DNA of 12,529 bases, taken from IMG/VR virus record IMGVR_UViG_2671180699_000002; one strand, given 5' to 3'. Positions within the stretch are counted from its first letter, which is position 1, and each line of letters begins with the position of its first letter. The translations under genes and the position numbers were made by a program. The notes under the pieces were generated by a model, which did no database searches, was not told the origin of the DNA, and saw only the letters and a list, made by a program, of their open reading frames with translations. This DNA comes from a virus (lineage: Duplodnaviria; Heunggongvirae; Uroviricota; Caudoviricetes). Shown here piece after piece: positions 5,827 to 12,529 of this stretch.

Positions 5827-5838
5827 GAGTCGCTCCAT

Positions 5839-5917
5839 AAAACTGAACGTCAAAAGTTTAATAATCAAAACCAAAGAAAGTCAAGAAACAAAACCATCTG
5901 TGTTTTAAAATCAAAAC
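5839..5917. promoter_or_regulatory. Divergent immunity switch (PR-like and PRM-like promoters with candidate operators)
   Basis: Two 16-bp near-identical sites, GTTTAATAATCAAAAC (5856-5871) and GTTTTAAAATCAAAAC (5902-5917), each with inverted GTTT(T)/AAAAC half-sites. A minus-strand TTGACT (5884..5879) and TATTAA (5863..5858) pair is a candidate PR. A plus-strand TAAAAT (5906-5911) sits 6 nt before the cI ATG, which has no SD. Confidence 0.55.
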
Positions 5918-6556
5918 ATGAGCAAGCAAACTATATCTGAACGCATAACCCAACGTATGCATGCGCTAAACCTGAAAGGCAAAGACCTTGTCAATGGCAC
6001 TGGCGCATCAAAAGGCTCCGTAAGTCAATGGATGAACGGTGGAGGAGCGCCGTCCTCGCGTTACATAAGTTCACTGGCAAAAATATTGAAAGTAAACGAA
6101 AATTGGCTTCTTAATGGAGGAGAGTTAAATACAGGTGATTCGCTTGATCTATCTTTACCGCCGATAAAAACGGTTCCGCTACTATCACTTCAGCAGGCAG
6201 CAAGCTGGAGTGATTATATGAAAAATTCCTCAATAACCTCTTGTGTGCAGCTTGTCGGAGAAATCCCGGTCAATACCTTTGCAGTTGTTCTAGAGAGTGA
6301 CAGTATGTCAACATCTGGTGGGGGAGTTTCCATCCCAAATGGTTCAACAGTTTTTGTTGATCCCGATCGAACCGTACAACCAGGAAATATTGTCCTTGCC
6401 TTACCCAAAGGGACCACAACACCTGTCATTCGTAAACTGGAGATAGAAGGGCCGGATATTCTTTTAGTCCCCACGAATCCTCGCTACCCTTCAATTATGC
6501 TGGATGATCTATCTTGCATATTGGGCGTATGCTTTAAAATTCAACAAGATATTTAA
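5918..6556 (+). CDS. CI-like prophage repressor: N-terminal HTH plus C-terminal S24 (LexA-like) autopeptidase domain, 212 aa
   Basis: N-terminal HTH region (KGKDLVNGTGASKGSVSQWMNG); C-terminal ESDSMS serine motif and downstream RKLE lysine, typical of LexA/CI/UmuD self-cleaving proteins. Divergent from the cro-like gene. Confidence 0.9.
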   Translation: MSKQTISERITQRMHALNLKGKDLVNGTGASKGSVSQWMNGGGAPSSRYISSLAKILKVNENWLLNGGELNTGDSLDLSLPPIKTVPLLSLQQAASWSDYMKNSSITSCVQLVGEIPVNTFAVVLESDSMSTSGGGVSIPNGSTVFVDPDRTVQPGNIVLALPKGTTTPVIRKLEIEGPDILLVPTNPRYPSIMLDDLSCILGVCFKIQQDI

Positions 6557-6620
6557 CCAACCTCATCTATTTGATTAACTGTATGCCATCGTGGTGATGG
6601 CTTAACAGCTGCCTGCTTAA

Positions 6621-6669
6621 AATGTTTTGATAAAAAAACATTGACCTGGAAAGTTCGTCTTTCTAAACT
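6621..6669 (+). promoter_or_regulatory. Candidate pL/PdicB-like promoter with overlapping palindromic operator
   Basis: Inverted repeat AATGTTTT-gataaa-AAAACATT (6621-6642) overlaps a TTGACC -35 (6641-6646); 17-bp spacer; TAAACT -10 (6664-6669). Located between the cI stop and ydfA. Confidence 0.45.
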
Positions 6670-6848
6670 TCATTCATTCCCTCACCCCATCCTACAGAAT
6701 GCAGGGCAATACTTCGAGTTACCAGGCAGTGGTCAGGGGTTAAGTAGCCAGCCCGAGGCGTAAGAACATGACGGCAGGGTTCAACTTTAATAACTATGCA
6801 GCAGGTTTTTGTTCCGCTACCCCGGCGTTAAGGGGAAATGAGGTCAGC

Positions 6849-7004
6849 ATGGATACTATCGATCTTGGCAACAACGAATCTCTGGTGTACGGCGTGTTTC
6901 CAAACCAGGACGGCACCTTCACCGCAATGACGTATACCAAAAGCAAAACGTTTAAAACCGAAAATGGTGCCCGTCGCTGGCTGGAAAGAAACTCAGGTGA
7001 GTGA
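6849..7004 (+). CDS. ydfA: YdfA-like small protein, 51 aa
   Basis: ATG at 6849 with GAGG 5 nt upstream: MDTIDLGNNESLVYGVFPNQDGTFTAMTYTKSKTFKTENGARRWLERNSGE. The 51-aa length and position match Qin ydfA as I recall it. The track ORF starts in frame at 6768 (78 aa), a possible alternative start. Confidence 0.65.
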   Translation: MDTIDLGNNESLVYGVFPNQDGTFTAMTYTKSKTFKTENGARRWLERNSGE

Positions 7005-7005
7005 T

Positions 7006-7134
7006 ATGGATTTTGACACAATCATGGAAAAGGCTTACGAAGAATACTTCGAAGGCCTTGCCGAAGGCGAAGAAGCTCACAGCTTCAACGAATTTAAACA
7101 GGCGCTTTCCAGTTCGGCAAAATCTAACGGCTGA
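7006..7134 (+). CDS. ydfB: YdfB-like small acidic protein, 42 aa
   Basis: Hand-translated: MDFDTIMEKAYEEYFEGLAEGEEAHSFNEFKQALSSSAKSNG. AGGTGA SD 5 nt upstream; starts 2 nt after the ydfA stop. The 42-aa length and position match Qin ydfB as recalled. Below the track cutoff. Confidence 0.6.
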   Translation: MDFDTIMEKAYEEYFEGLAEGEEAHSFNEFKQALSSSAKSNG

Positions 7135-7163
7135 TAAGCGAAACAGCACCGCGAGGAATCAGT

Positions 7164-7382
7164 ATGCAGAAACGAGAACCCGTCATCATCGCGCCAGACT
7201 ATACCGATGATGAACTTTATGAGTGGATGCGCCAGAAAATTAATGCAGCGCAGGATCTGAAATGGGCCAATGAAGCCAGGGCTAAGCAGGCTGAAAATCT
7301 GTCCGCTCTGGAGCAGGATATCACCAATCTGGAAAAAGCAGCGGCATTAAGCATTGCCAGAATGATTACATACCCGCGTTAA
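7164..7382 (+). CDS. ydfC: YdfC-like protein, 72 aa
   Basis: ATG at 7164 with GAGGAA 5 nt upstream; length and position match Qin ydfC as recalled. Confidence 0.8.
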   Translation: MQKREPVIIAPDYTDDELYEWMRQKINAAQDLKWANEARAKQAENLSALEQDITNLEKAAALSIARMITYPR

Positions 7383-7722
7383 TAGCTAACCAACGAAGCT
7401 AAGGTTGGTAATTAAGGAGTTCTCCACGGGTGAGGTGGAGTGCGTGCGCCGGACACGGGTGAGCATCCGGCACTGACAGTTTACTGAAAGGATATTTCCC
7501 TGAAAAGTCAGACCATAACGCGAAAGCGCACGGCGAGGTAGCTGGTTCATAGATAGCCTGTCGTTAAATTTTCGTCGACCGTGCGCTTCCGGTTGTGGCA
7601 ACCCGCGAAATGGTGCGGCGGTAAGTATGGCGGGGTTATTTCTTCCCCGTTGAGGACACCGGGTTGTCAGGTTGACCATACGCTTAAGTGACAACCCCGC
7701 TGCAACGCCCTCTGTTATCAAT

Positions 7723-7775
7723 TTTCTGGTGACGTTTGGCGGTATCAGTTTTACTCCGTGACTGCTCTGCCGCCC
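7723..7775 (+). ncRNA. dicF: DicF small regulatory RNA (cell-division inhibitor; base-pairs with ftsZ mRNA)
   Basis: The sequence TTTCTGGTGACGTTTGGCGGTATCAGTTTTACTCCGTGACTGCTCTGCCGCCC matches my recollection of the 53-nt DicF RNA. It ends in a GGCGG...CCGCC hairpin followed by TTTTT, and sits between ydfC and dicB as in Qin. Confidence 0.88.
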
Positions 7776-7780
7776 TTTTT
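7738..7780 (+). terminator. DicF 3' stem-loop and U-tract (intrinsic terminator)
   Basis: GGCGG (7738-7742) pairs with CCGCC (7770-7774), with inner CAGT/ACTG pairing; followed by TTTTT at 7776-7780. Confidence 0.75.
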
Positions 7781-7949
7781 AAAGTGAATTTTGTGATGTG
7801 GTGAATGCGGCTGAGCGCACGCGGAACAGTTAAAACCAAAAACAGTGTTATGGGTGGATTCTCTGTATCCGGCGTTAATTGTTAACTGGTTAACGTCACC
7901 TGGAGGCACCAGGCACTGCATCACAAAATTCATTGTTGAGGACGCGATA

Positions 7950-8138
7950 ATGAAAACGTTATTACCAAACGTTAATACGTCTGAAGGTTGTTTTGAAATT
8001 GGTGTCACTATCAGTAACCCAGTATTTACTGAAGATGCCATTAACAAGAGAAAACAAGAACGGGAGCTATTAAATAAAATATGCATTGTTTCAATGCTGG
8101 CTCGTTTACGTCTGATGCCAAAAGGATGTGCACAATGA
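7950..8138 (+). CDS. dicB: DicB cell-division inhibitor (acts through MinC), 62 aa
   Basis: MKTLLPNVNTSEGCFEIGVTISNPVFTEDAINKRKQERELLNKICIVSMLARLRLMPKGCAQ matches my recollection of DicB. GAGGA SD 7 nt upstream. The track ORF 7845-8138 is a spurious N-terminal extension. Confidence 0.92.
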   Translation: MKTLLPNVNTSEGCFEIGVTISNPVFTEDAINKRKQERELLNKICIVSMLARLRLMPKGCAQ

Positions 8139-8326
8139 ATTCAGCATTTGTGCTTGTTCTGACAGTTTTTCTTGTTTCCGGAGAGCCAGTTGATATTGCA
8201 GTCAGTGTTCACAGGACAATGCAGGAGTGTATGACTGCAGCAACCGAACAGAAAATTCCCGGTAACTGTTACCCGGTCGATAAAGTTATTCACCAGGATA
8301 ATATCGAAATCCCGGCAGGTCTTTAA
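8135..8326 (+). CDS. ydfD: YdfD-like small protein with N-terminal TM helix, 63 aa (lysis-inducing in K-12 as I recall)
   Basis: ATG at 8135 overlaps the dicB TGA (ATGA): MNSAFVLVLTVFLVSGEPVDIAVS... Length and position match Qin ydfD as recalled. Confidence 0.8.
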   Translation: MNSAFVLVLTVFLVSGEPVDIAVSVHRTMQECMTAATEQKIPGNCYPVDKVIHQDNIEIPAGL

Positions 8327-8418
8327 AACAGTTCCGTAATAAATATCCGGTTTCATTCTTATATGCCAGCAATGGCAGGGATTTGTTCATCCTTAAATCT
8401 GTCATGAGGTTAAAACAA

Positions 8419-10890
8419 ATGAGTAAAGTCTTTATTTGCGCCGCTATTCCTGACGAACTGGCAACAAGGGAAGAAGGCGCTGTGGCTGTAGCCACAGCCA
8501 TTGAAGCTGGCGACGAACGCCGTGCTCGAGCAAAATTTCACTGGCAATTCCTGGAACATTATCCGGCTGCTCAGGACTGCGCTTATAAATTTATTGTCTG
8601 CGAGGATAAACCTGGCATACCCCGCCCTGCCCTCGATTCATGGGATGCTGAATATATGCAGGAAAACCGCTGGGATGAGGAGTCTGCTTCTTTTGTCCCG
8701 GTTGAGACTGAATCCGATCCGATGAACGTCACTTTTGACAAGCTGGCCCCTGAAGTACAGAACGCTGTCATGGTTAAGTTCGACACATGTGAAAACATCA
8801 CCGTTGATATGGTTATTAGCGCACAGGAATTGTTGCAGGAAGACATGGCAACATTCGACGGACATATCGTTGAAGCGTTGATGAAAATGCCAGAAGTTAA
8901 CGCCATGTATCCGGAGCTTAAGTTGCACGCCATTGGGTGGGTTAAGCATAAATGTATTCCTGGTGCTAAATGGCCCGAAATTCAGGCAGAGATGCGCATC
9001 TGGAAAAAACGTCGCGAAGGTGAACGCAAGGAAACCGGAAAATACACGTCTGTTGTTGATCTCGCCCGCGCCAGAGCCAATCAACAGTACACTGAAAATT
9101 CAACAGGAAAAATCAGCCCGGTCATTGCTGCCATTCATCGCGAATACAAGCAGACATGGAAAACACTGGATGACGAACTGGCCTACGCTCTCTGGCCTGG
9201 TGATGTGGATGCCGGAAACATTGACGGCAGCATCCATCGCTGGGCAAAAAATGAAGTTATCGACAACGACCGCGAAGACTGGAAGCGTATCTCGGCATCA
9301 ATGCGCAAACAGCCTGATGCCCTTCGCTACGACCGCCAAACTATTTTTGGCCTTGTCCGTGAGCGTCCGATCGACATTCACAAAGATCCCGTAGCACTGA
9401 ACAAATATATCTGCGAATACCTGACGACAAAGGGCGTGTTTGAGAATGAAGAAACAGACCTGGGCACTGTTGATGTTCTCCAGTCATCAGAAACACAAAC
9501 TGATGCAGTGGAAACTGAGGTATCTGATATCCCAAAAAATGAAACCGCGCCGGAAGCTGAACCATCTGTAGAGCGTGAGGGGCCGTTCTATTTCCTCTTC
9601 GCAGATAAGGACGGAGAAAAATACGGTCGCGCAAACAAACTTTCTGGTCTGGATAAGGCACTGGCTGCTGGCGCCACTGAAATCACAAAAGAAGAATATT
9701 TTGCCCGAAAAAATGGCACATACACGGGCTTACCGCAAAATGTAGATACCGCTGAAGATTCAGAACAACCAGAGCCGATAAAAGTTACCGCTGACGAAGT
9801 AAACAAAATTATGCAGGCAGCCAATATCATCCAGCCTGACGCCGATAAGTTGCTTGCTGCATCACGTGGTGAATTTGTTGAAGGGATTAGTGACCCGAAT
9901 GATCCGAAATGGGTTAAGGGGATCCAGACCCGCGATTCTGTGAACCAGAACCAGCATGAATCGGAACGGAACTACCAAAAAGCGGAACAAAACAGCCCAA
10001 ATGCGTTACAAAACGAGCCAGAAACGAAACAGCCTGAATCAGTGGCGCAACAGGAAGTGGAAAAAGTCTGCACCGCCTGCGGTCAGACCGGCGGCGGCAA
10101 CTGCCCTGATTGTGGCGCGGTAATGGGCGACGCAACATACCAGGAAACATTCGATGAAGAGTATCAGATTGAAGTTCAGGAAGATGATCCGGAGGAAATG
10201 GAAGGCGCTGAACATCCACACAAGGAGAACACTGGCGGCAATCAGCATCACGATAGCGATAATGAAACTGGCGAGACGGCAGATCACTCAATTAAGGTGA
10301 ACGGTCATCAAGAAATCACATCCACCAGCAGGACGTGTGACCATCTAATGATCGACCTTGAAACCATGGGAAAAAATCCTGATGCCCCGATCATCTCAAT
10401 AGGTGCAATATTTTTCGATCCGCAAACCGGAGATATGGGACCGGAATTTAGTAAGACTATCGATCTGGAAACTGCTGGCGGAGTCATTGATCGGGACACC
10501 ATTAAATGGTGGCTTAAGCAATCACGCGAAGCGCAATCTGCCATTATGACCGATGAAATCCCGTTAGATGATGCACTGTTACAATTGTGGGAATTTATCG
10601 ACGAAAACTCCGGTGAATTTTTTGTTCAGGTCTGGGGAAATGGAGCCAACTTCGACAACACGATTTTGCGCCGTTCATACGAACGGCAGGGGATCCCCTG
10701 CCCGTGGCGTTACTACAACGATCGCGATGTACGCACAATCGTTGAGCTGGGGAAAGCCATAGACTTCGATGCCAGAACGGCTATTCCATTCGAAGGTGAG
10801 CGCCATAATGCACTTGATGACGCCCGTTACCAGGCAAAATACGTTTCAGTTATCTGGCAAAAACTGATCCCGAGTCAGGCTGATTCTTAA
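8419..10890 (+). CDS. Large multi-domain protein, 823 aa: uncharacterised N-terminal region, acidic linker, CxxC...CxxC zinc-ribbon-like motif, C-terminal DEDDh (DnaQ-like) 3'-5' exonuclease domain
   Basis: ATG at 8419 with GAGG 9 nt upstream (the track ORF begins at an upstream TTG, 8383). C-terminal motifs: Exo I IDLETMG, Exo II GNGANFDNT, Exo III ERHNALDDARYQ. Zinc-ribbon-like CTACGQTGGGNCPDCG. Occupies the exo/recE position next to xis-int. Confidence 0.88.
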   Translation: MSKVFICAAIPDELATREEGAVAVATAIEAGDERRARAKFHWQFLEHYPAAQDCAYKFIVCEDKPGIPRPALDSWDAEYMQENRWDEESASFVPVETESDPMNVTFDKLAPEVQNAVMVKFDTCENITVDMVISAQELLQEDMATFDGHIVEALMKMPEVNAMYPELKLHAIGWVKHKCIPGAKWPEIQAEMRIWKKRREGERKETGKYTSVVDLARARANQQYTENSTGKISPVIAAIHREYKQTWKTLDDELAYALWPGDVDAGNIDGSIHRWAKNEVIDNDREDWKRISASMRKQPDALRYDRQTIFGLVRERPIDIHKDPVALNKYICEYLTTKGVFENEETDLGTVDVLQSSETQTDAVETEVSDIPKNETAPEAEPSVEREGPFYFLFADKDGEKYGRANKLSGLDKALAAGATEITKEEYFARKNGTYTGLPQNVDTAEDSEQPEPIKVTADEVNKIMQAANIIQPDADKLLAASRGEFVEGISDPNDPKWVKGIQTRDSVNQNQHESERNYQKAEQNSPNALQNEPETKQPESVAQQEVEKVCTACGQTGGGNCPDCGAVMGDATYQETFDEEYQIEVQEDDPEEMEGAEHPHKENTGGNQHHDSDNETGETADHSIKVNGHQEITSTSRTCDHLMIDLETMGKNPDAPIISIGAIFFDPQTGDMGPEFSKTIDLETAGGVIDRDTIKWWLKQSREAQSAIMTDEIPLDDALLQLWEFIDENSGEFFVQVWGNGANFDNTILRRSYERQGIPCPWRYYNDRDVRTIVELGKAIDFDARTAIPFEGERHNALDDARYQAKYVSVIWQKLIPSQADS

Positions 10891-10901
10891 TGTTCAACTG
10901 T

Positions 10902-10933
10902 CGCCGGTTGTGACTGGTATTCTGCAACCGGCG
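10902..10933 (+). other. Stem-loop between the exonuclease gene and xis (9-bp stem, 14-nt loop)
   Basis: CGCCGGTTG (10902-10910) pairs with CAACCGGCG (10925-10933); no following T-tract. Confidence 0.5.
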
Positions 10934-10962
10934 CTCGTCTGATGTAAGAGATAAAGAAATCG

Positions 10963-11214
10963 ATGAGCGAAGTAATCATGATTGTCTCTCCCGGCAAATG
11001 GGTATCCGAAGAGCAGTTAATTGCGCTGAAAGGAATAAAAAAAGGTACGTTAAAAAAGGCCCGGGAAAAATCGTTTATGGAAGGAAGGGAATATAAGCAT
11101 GTCGCTCATGACGGTATGCCATGGGATAACAGTCCATGCTTTTACAACCTGGAAGAAATTGATCGCTGGATTGAGCGCCAGGCATCAGCAAGACCAAGAC
11201 GTCATCTTACTTGA
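10963..11214 (+). CDS. xis: Excisionase (Xis-like), 83 aa
   Basis: Small protein immediately upstream of int, containing a GREY motif (MEGREYKHV) like the DGREY of lambda Xis-type excisionases. SD is weak; an alternative internal start is possible. Confidence 0.75.
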   Translation: MSEVIMIVSPGKWVSEEQLIALKGIKKGTLKKAREKSFMEGREYKHVAHDGMPWDNSPCFYNLEEIDRWIERQASARPRRHLT

Positions 11215-11248
11215 CTAAAAGCCACACTAACTAATGAGAGAAATTGAA

Positions 11249-12529
11249 ATGAAATATCCGACAGGCGTGGAAAACCATGGAGGGAAATTACGTATCTGGT
11301 TTGTTTATAAAGGCGTAAGAGTCAGGGAAAACCTGGGGGTTCCTGACACAGCAAAAAACAGGCGCGTTGCAGGTGAGCTACGCGCCTCTGTTTGTTACGC
11401 AATAAAAACTGGTGTTTTCGACTATGCAAAACAGTTTCCCTCCTCACGCAATCTGGAAAAATTTGGTGAGACCCGACAAGATTTAACCATAAAAGAACTG
11501 GCTGAAAAATTTCTGGCACTGAAAGAAACTGAAGTCGCAAAAACATCACTCAACACATACCGTGCCGTCATCAAAAATATCCTGAGCATAATCGGTGAAA
11601 AAAATCTTGCCTCATCGATTAATAAAGAAAAATTACTGGAGGTTCGTAAAGAGCTACTGACTGGATACCAGATCCCCAAAAGTAACTATATTGTTACACA
11701 ACCAGGGAGATCGGCTGTAACTGTAAATAATTACATGACAAATCTTAACGCCGTGTTCCAGTTTGGTGTTGATAACGGTTACCTGGCAGATAACCCGTTT
11801 AAGGGGATCTCGCCATTAAAGGAATCAAGAACCATTCCGGATCCTCTTTCGCGGGAGGAATTCATCCGTCTTATCGATGCGTGCAGAAATCAGCAAGCCA
11901 AAAATTTATGGTGTGTTTCTGTTTATACTGGCGTTCGCCCTGGTGAGCTGTGTGCACTTGGATGGGAGGACATAGATCTGAAAAATGGAACAATGATGAT
12001 CAGGAGAAATTTAGCAAAAGACCGTTTCACGGTACCAAAAACACAGGCGGGAACCAATCGGGTCATTCATCTTATTAAGCCAGCAATCGACGCTCTCCGG
12101 AGTCAGATGACATTAACGAGACTGAGCAAAGAGCATATCATTGATGTTCACCTCAGAGAGTATGGCAGAACAGAAAAACATAAATGCACCTTTGTTTTTC
12201 AACCTGAAGTGTCAGCGAGAGTAAAAAATTATGGTGACCATTTTACCGTTGACTCAATAAGGCAGATGTGGGACGCAGCGATAAAACGTGCCGGACTCCG
12301 CCATCGAAAATCATATCAGTCGAGACATACTTATGCCTGCTGGTCGCTGACAGCTGGTGCTAACCCGGCATTTATAGCAAACCAGATGGGCCATGCAGAT
12401 GCGCAAATGGTATTTCAGGTATACGGAAAATGGATGTCTGAAAACAATAATGCACAGGTAGCTTTGTTAAATACACAGTTAAGCGAGTTTGCCCCAACCA
12501 TGCCCCATAACGAAGCAATGAAAAATTAA
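11249..12529 (+). CDS. int: Tyrosine site-specific integrase (lambda Int family), 426 aa
   Basis: Catalytic-domain signatures: TGVRPGEL...W (Arg box), H-x-x-R (SRHTYAC), and LGH...VYGKW containing the presumptive catalytic Tyr. N-terminal arm-type region GKLRIWFVYKG. The track ORF starts 5 codons earlier at ATG 11234 with no SD. The stop is at the window end, so the att site lies beyond it. Confidence 0.93.
   Translation: MKYPTGVENHGGKLRIWFVYKGVRVRENLGVPDTAKNRRVAGELRASVCYAIKTGVFDYAKQFPSSRNLEKFGETRQDLTIKELAEKFLALKETEVAKTSLNTYRAVIKNILSIIGEKNLASSINKEKLLEVRKELLTGYQIPKSNYIVTQPGRSAVTVNNYMTNLNAVFQFGVDNGYLADNPFKGISPLKESRTIPDPLSREEFIRLIDACRNQQAKNLWCVSVYTGVRPGELCALGWEDIDLKNGTMMIRRNLAKDRFTVPKTQAGTNRVIHLIKPAIDALRSQMTLTRLSKEHIIDVHLREYGRTEKHKCTFVFQPEVSARVKNYGDHFTVDSIRQMWDAAIKRAGLRHRKSYQSRHTYACWSLTAGANPAFIANQMGHADAQMVFQVYGKWMSENNNAQVALLNTQLSEFAPTMPHNEAMKN

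Noticed and set aside
6214-6474. Minus-strand 86-aa ORF inside the CI-like repressor gene
   Set aside because: Antisense to a motif-supported CDS; no SD.
5918-6556. Naming the repressor dicA and the cro-like gene dicC
   Set aside because: The sequences do not match what I recall of K-12 DicA (about 135 aa, no S24 domain) or DicC; only family-level calls are justified.
6794-7721. ORFs 6794-7021(-), 6952-7149(-), 7001-7210(+) and 7386-7721(-)
   Set aside because: They overlap the better-supported ydfA/ydfB/ydfC frames or the DicF precursor; the 7001-7210 frame gives a basic low-complexity product, whereas the 42-aa ydfB frame has a proper SD.
7751-8501. ORFs 7751-8086(-), 7845-8138 (+, the 97-aa extended dicB), 8081-8326 (+, the 81-aa extended ydfD), 8141-8356(-) and 8286-8501(-)
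   Set aside because: The N-terminal extensions have no SD and, for 7845, begin just after the DicF terminator; the internal ATGs with SDs give the 62-aa and 63-aa proteins. Minus-strand ORFs are antisense shadows.
8501-10762. Multiple ORFs on both strands inside the 823-aa exonuclease gene (for example 8501-8725, 8583-8933, 8638-9084, 8933-9394, 9341-9661, 9588-9830, 9914-10291, 10039-10287, 10308-10544, 10568-10762)
   Set aside because: All are nested within one continuous, motif-supported reading frame.
8419-10890. Calling the large nuclease RecE/exonuclease VIII or lambda Exo
   Set aside because: The visible catalytic motifs are DEDDh (DnaQ-like), not the PD-(D/E)XK signature; I cannot verify N-terminal similarity to RecE without alignment, so the name was withheld.
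11322-11679. Minus-strand ORFs 11322-11549 and 11422-11679 inside int
   Set aside because: Antisense to the integrase CDS.

Overview
This 12.5-kb window is the early, immunity and integration end of a lambdoid, Qin-like enterobacterial prophage, laid out in reverse of the usual lambda map. Two divergent operons meet at a cI/cro-type switch (5839-5917). The minus-strand arm carries a DicC/Cro-like gene, a YdaT/CII-like gene, an O-like replication initiator with iteron clusters inside its coding sequence, a string of small ORFs (winged-helix, Zn-ribbon-like, two very acidic proteins, a 59-aa two-helix membrane protein), an intact hok type I toxin with a long leader and intrinsic terminator, then rem-like and ydfU-like genes. 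The plus-strand arm carries a CI-like repressor with an S24 autopeptidase domain, then ydfA-ydfB-ydfC, the DicF sRNA, dicB, ydfD, an 823-aa protein with a C-terminal DEDDh 3'-5' exonuclease domain, xis and a tyrosine integrase ending at the window edge. No CRISPR array, tRNA, rRNA or transposase was found. Names were assigned from motifs read in the translations and from recalled E. coli K-12 Qin/Rac prophage sequences and gene lengths; no database search was run. The most novel-looking candidates are the uncharacterised small-protein cluster at 2047-3568 and the large exonuclease-domain protein; the rest is recognisable prophage biology.
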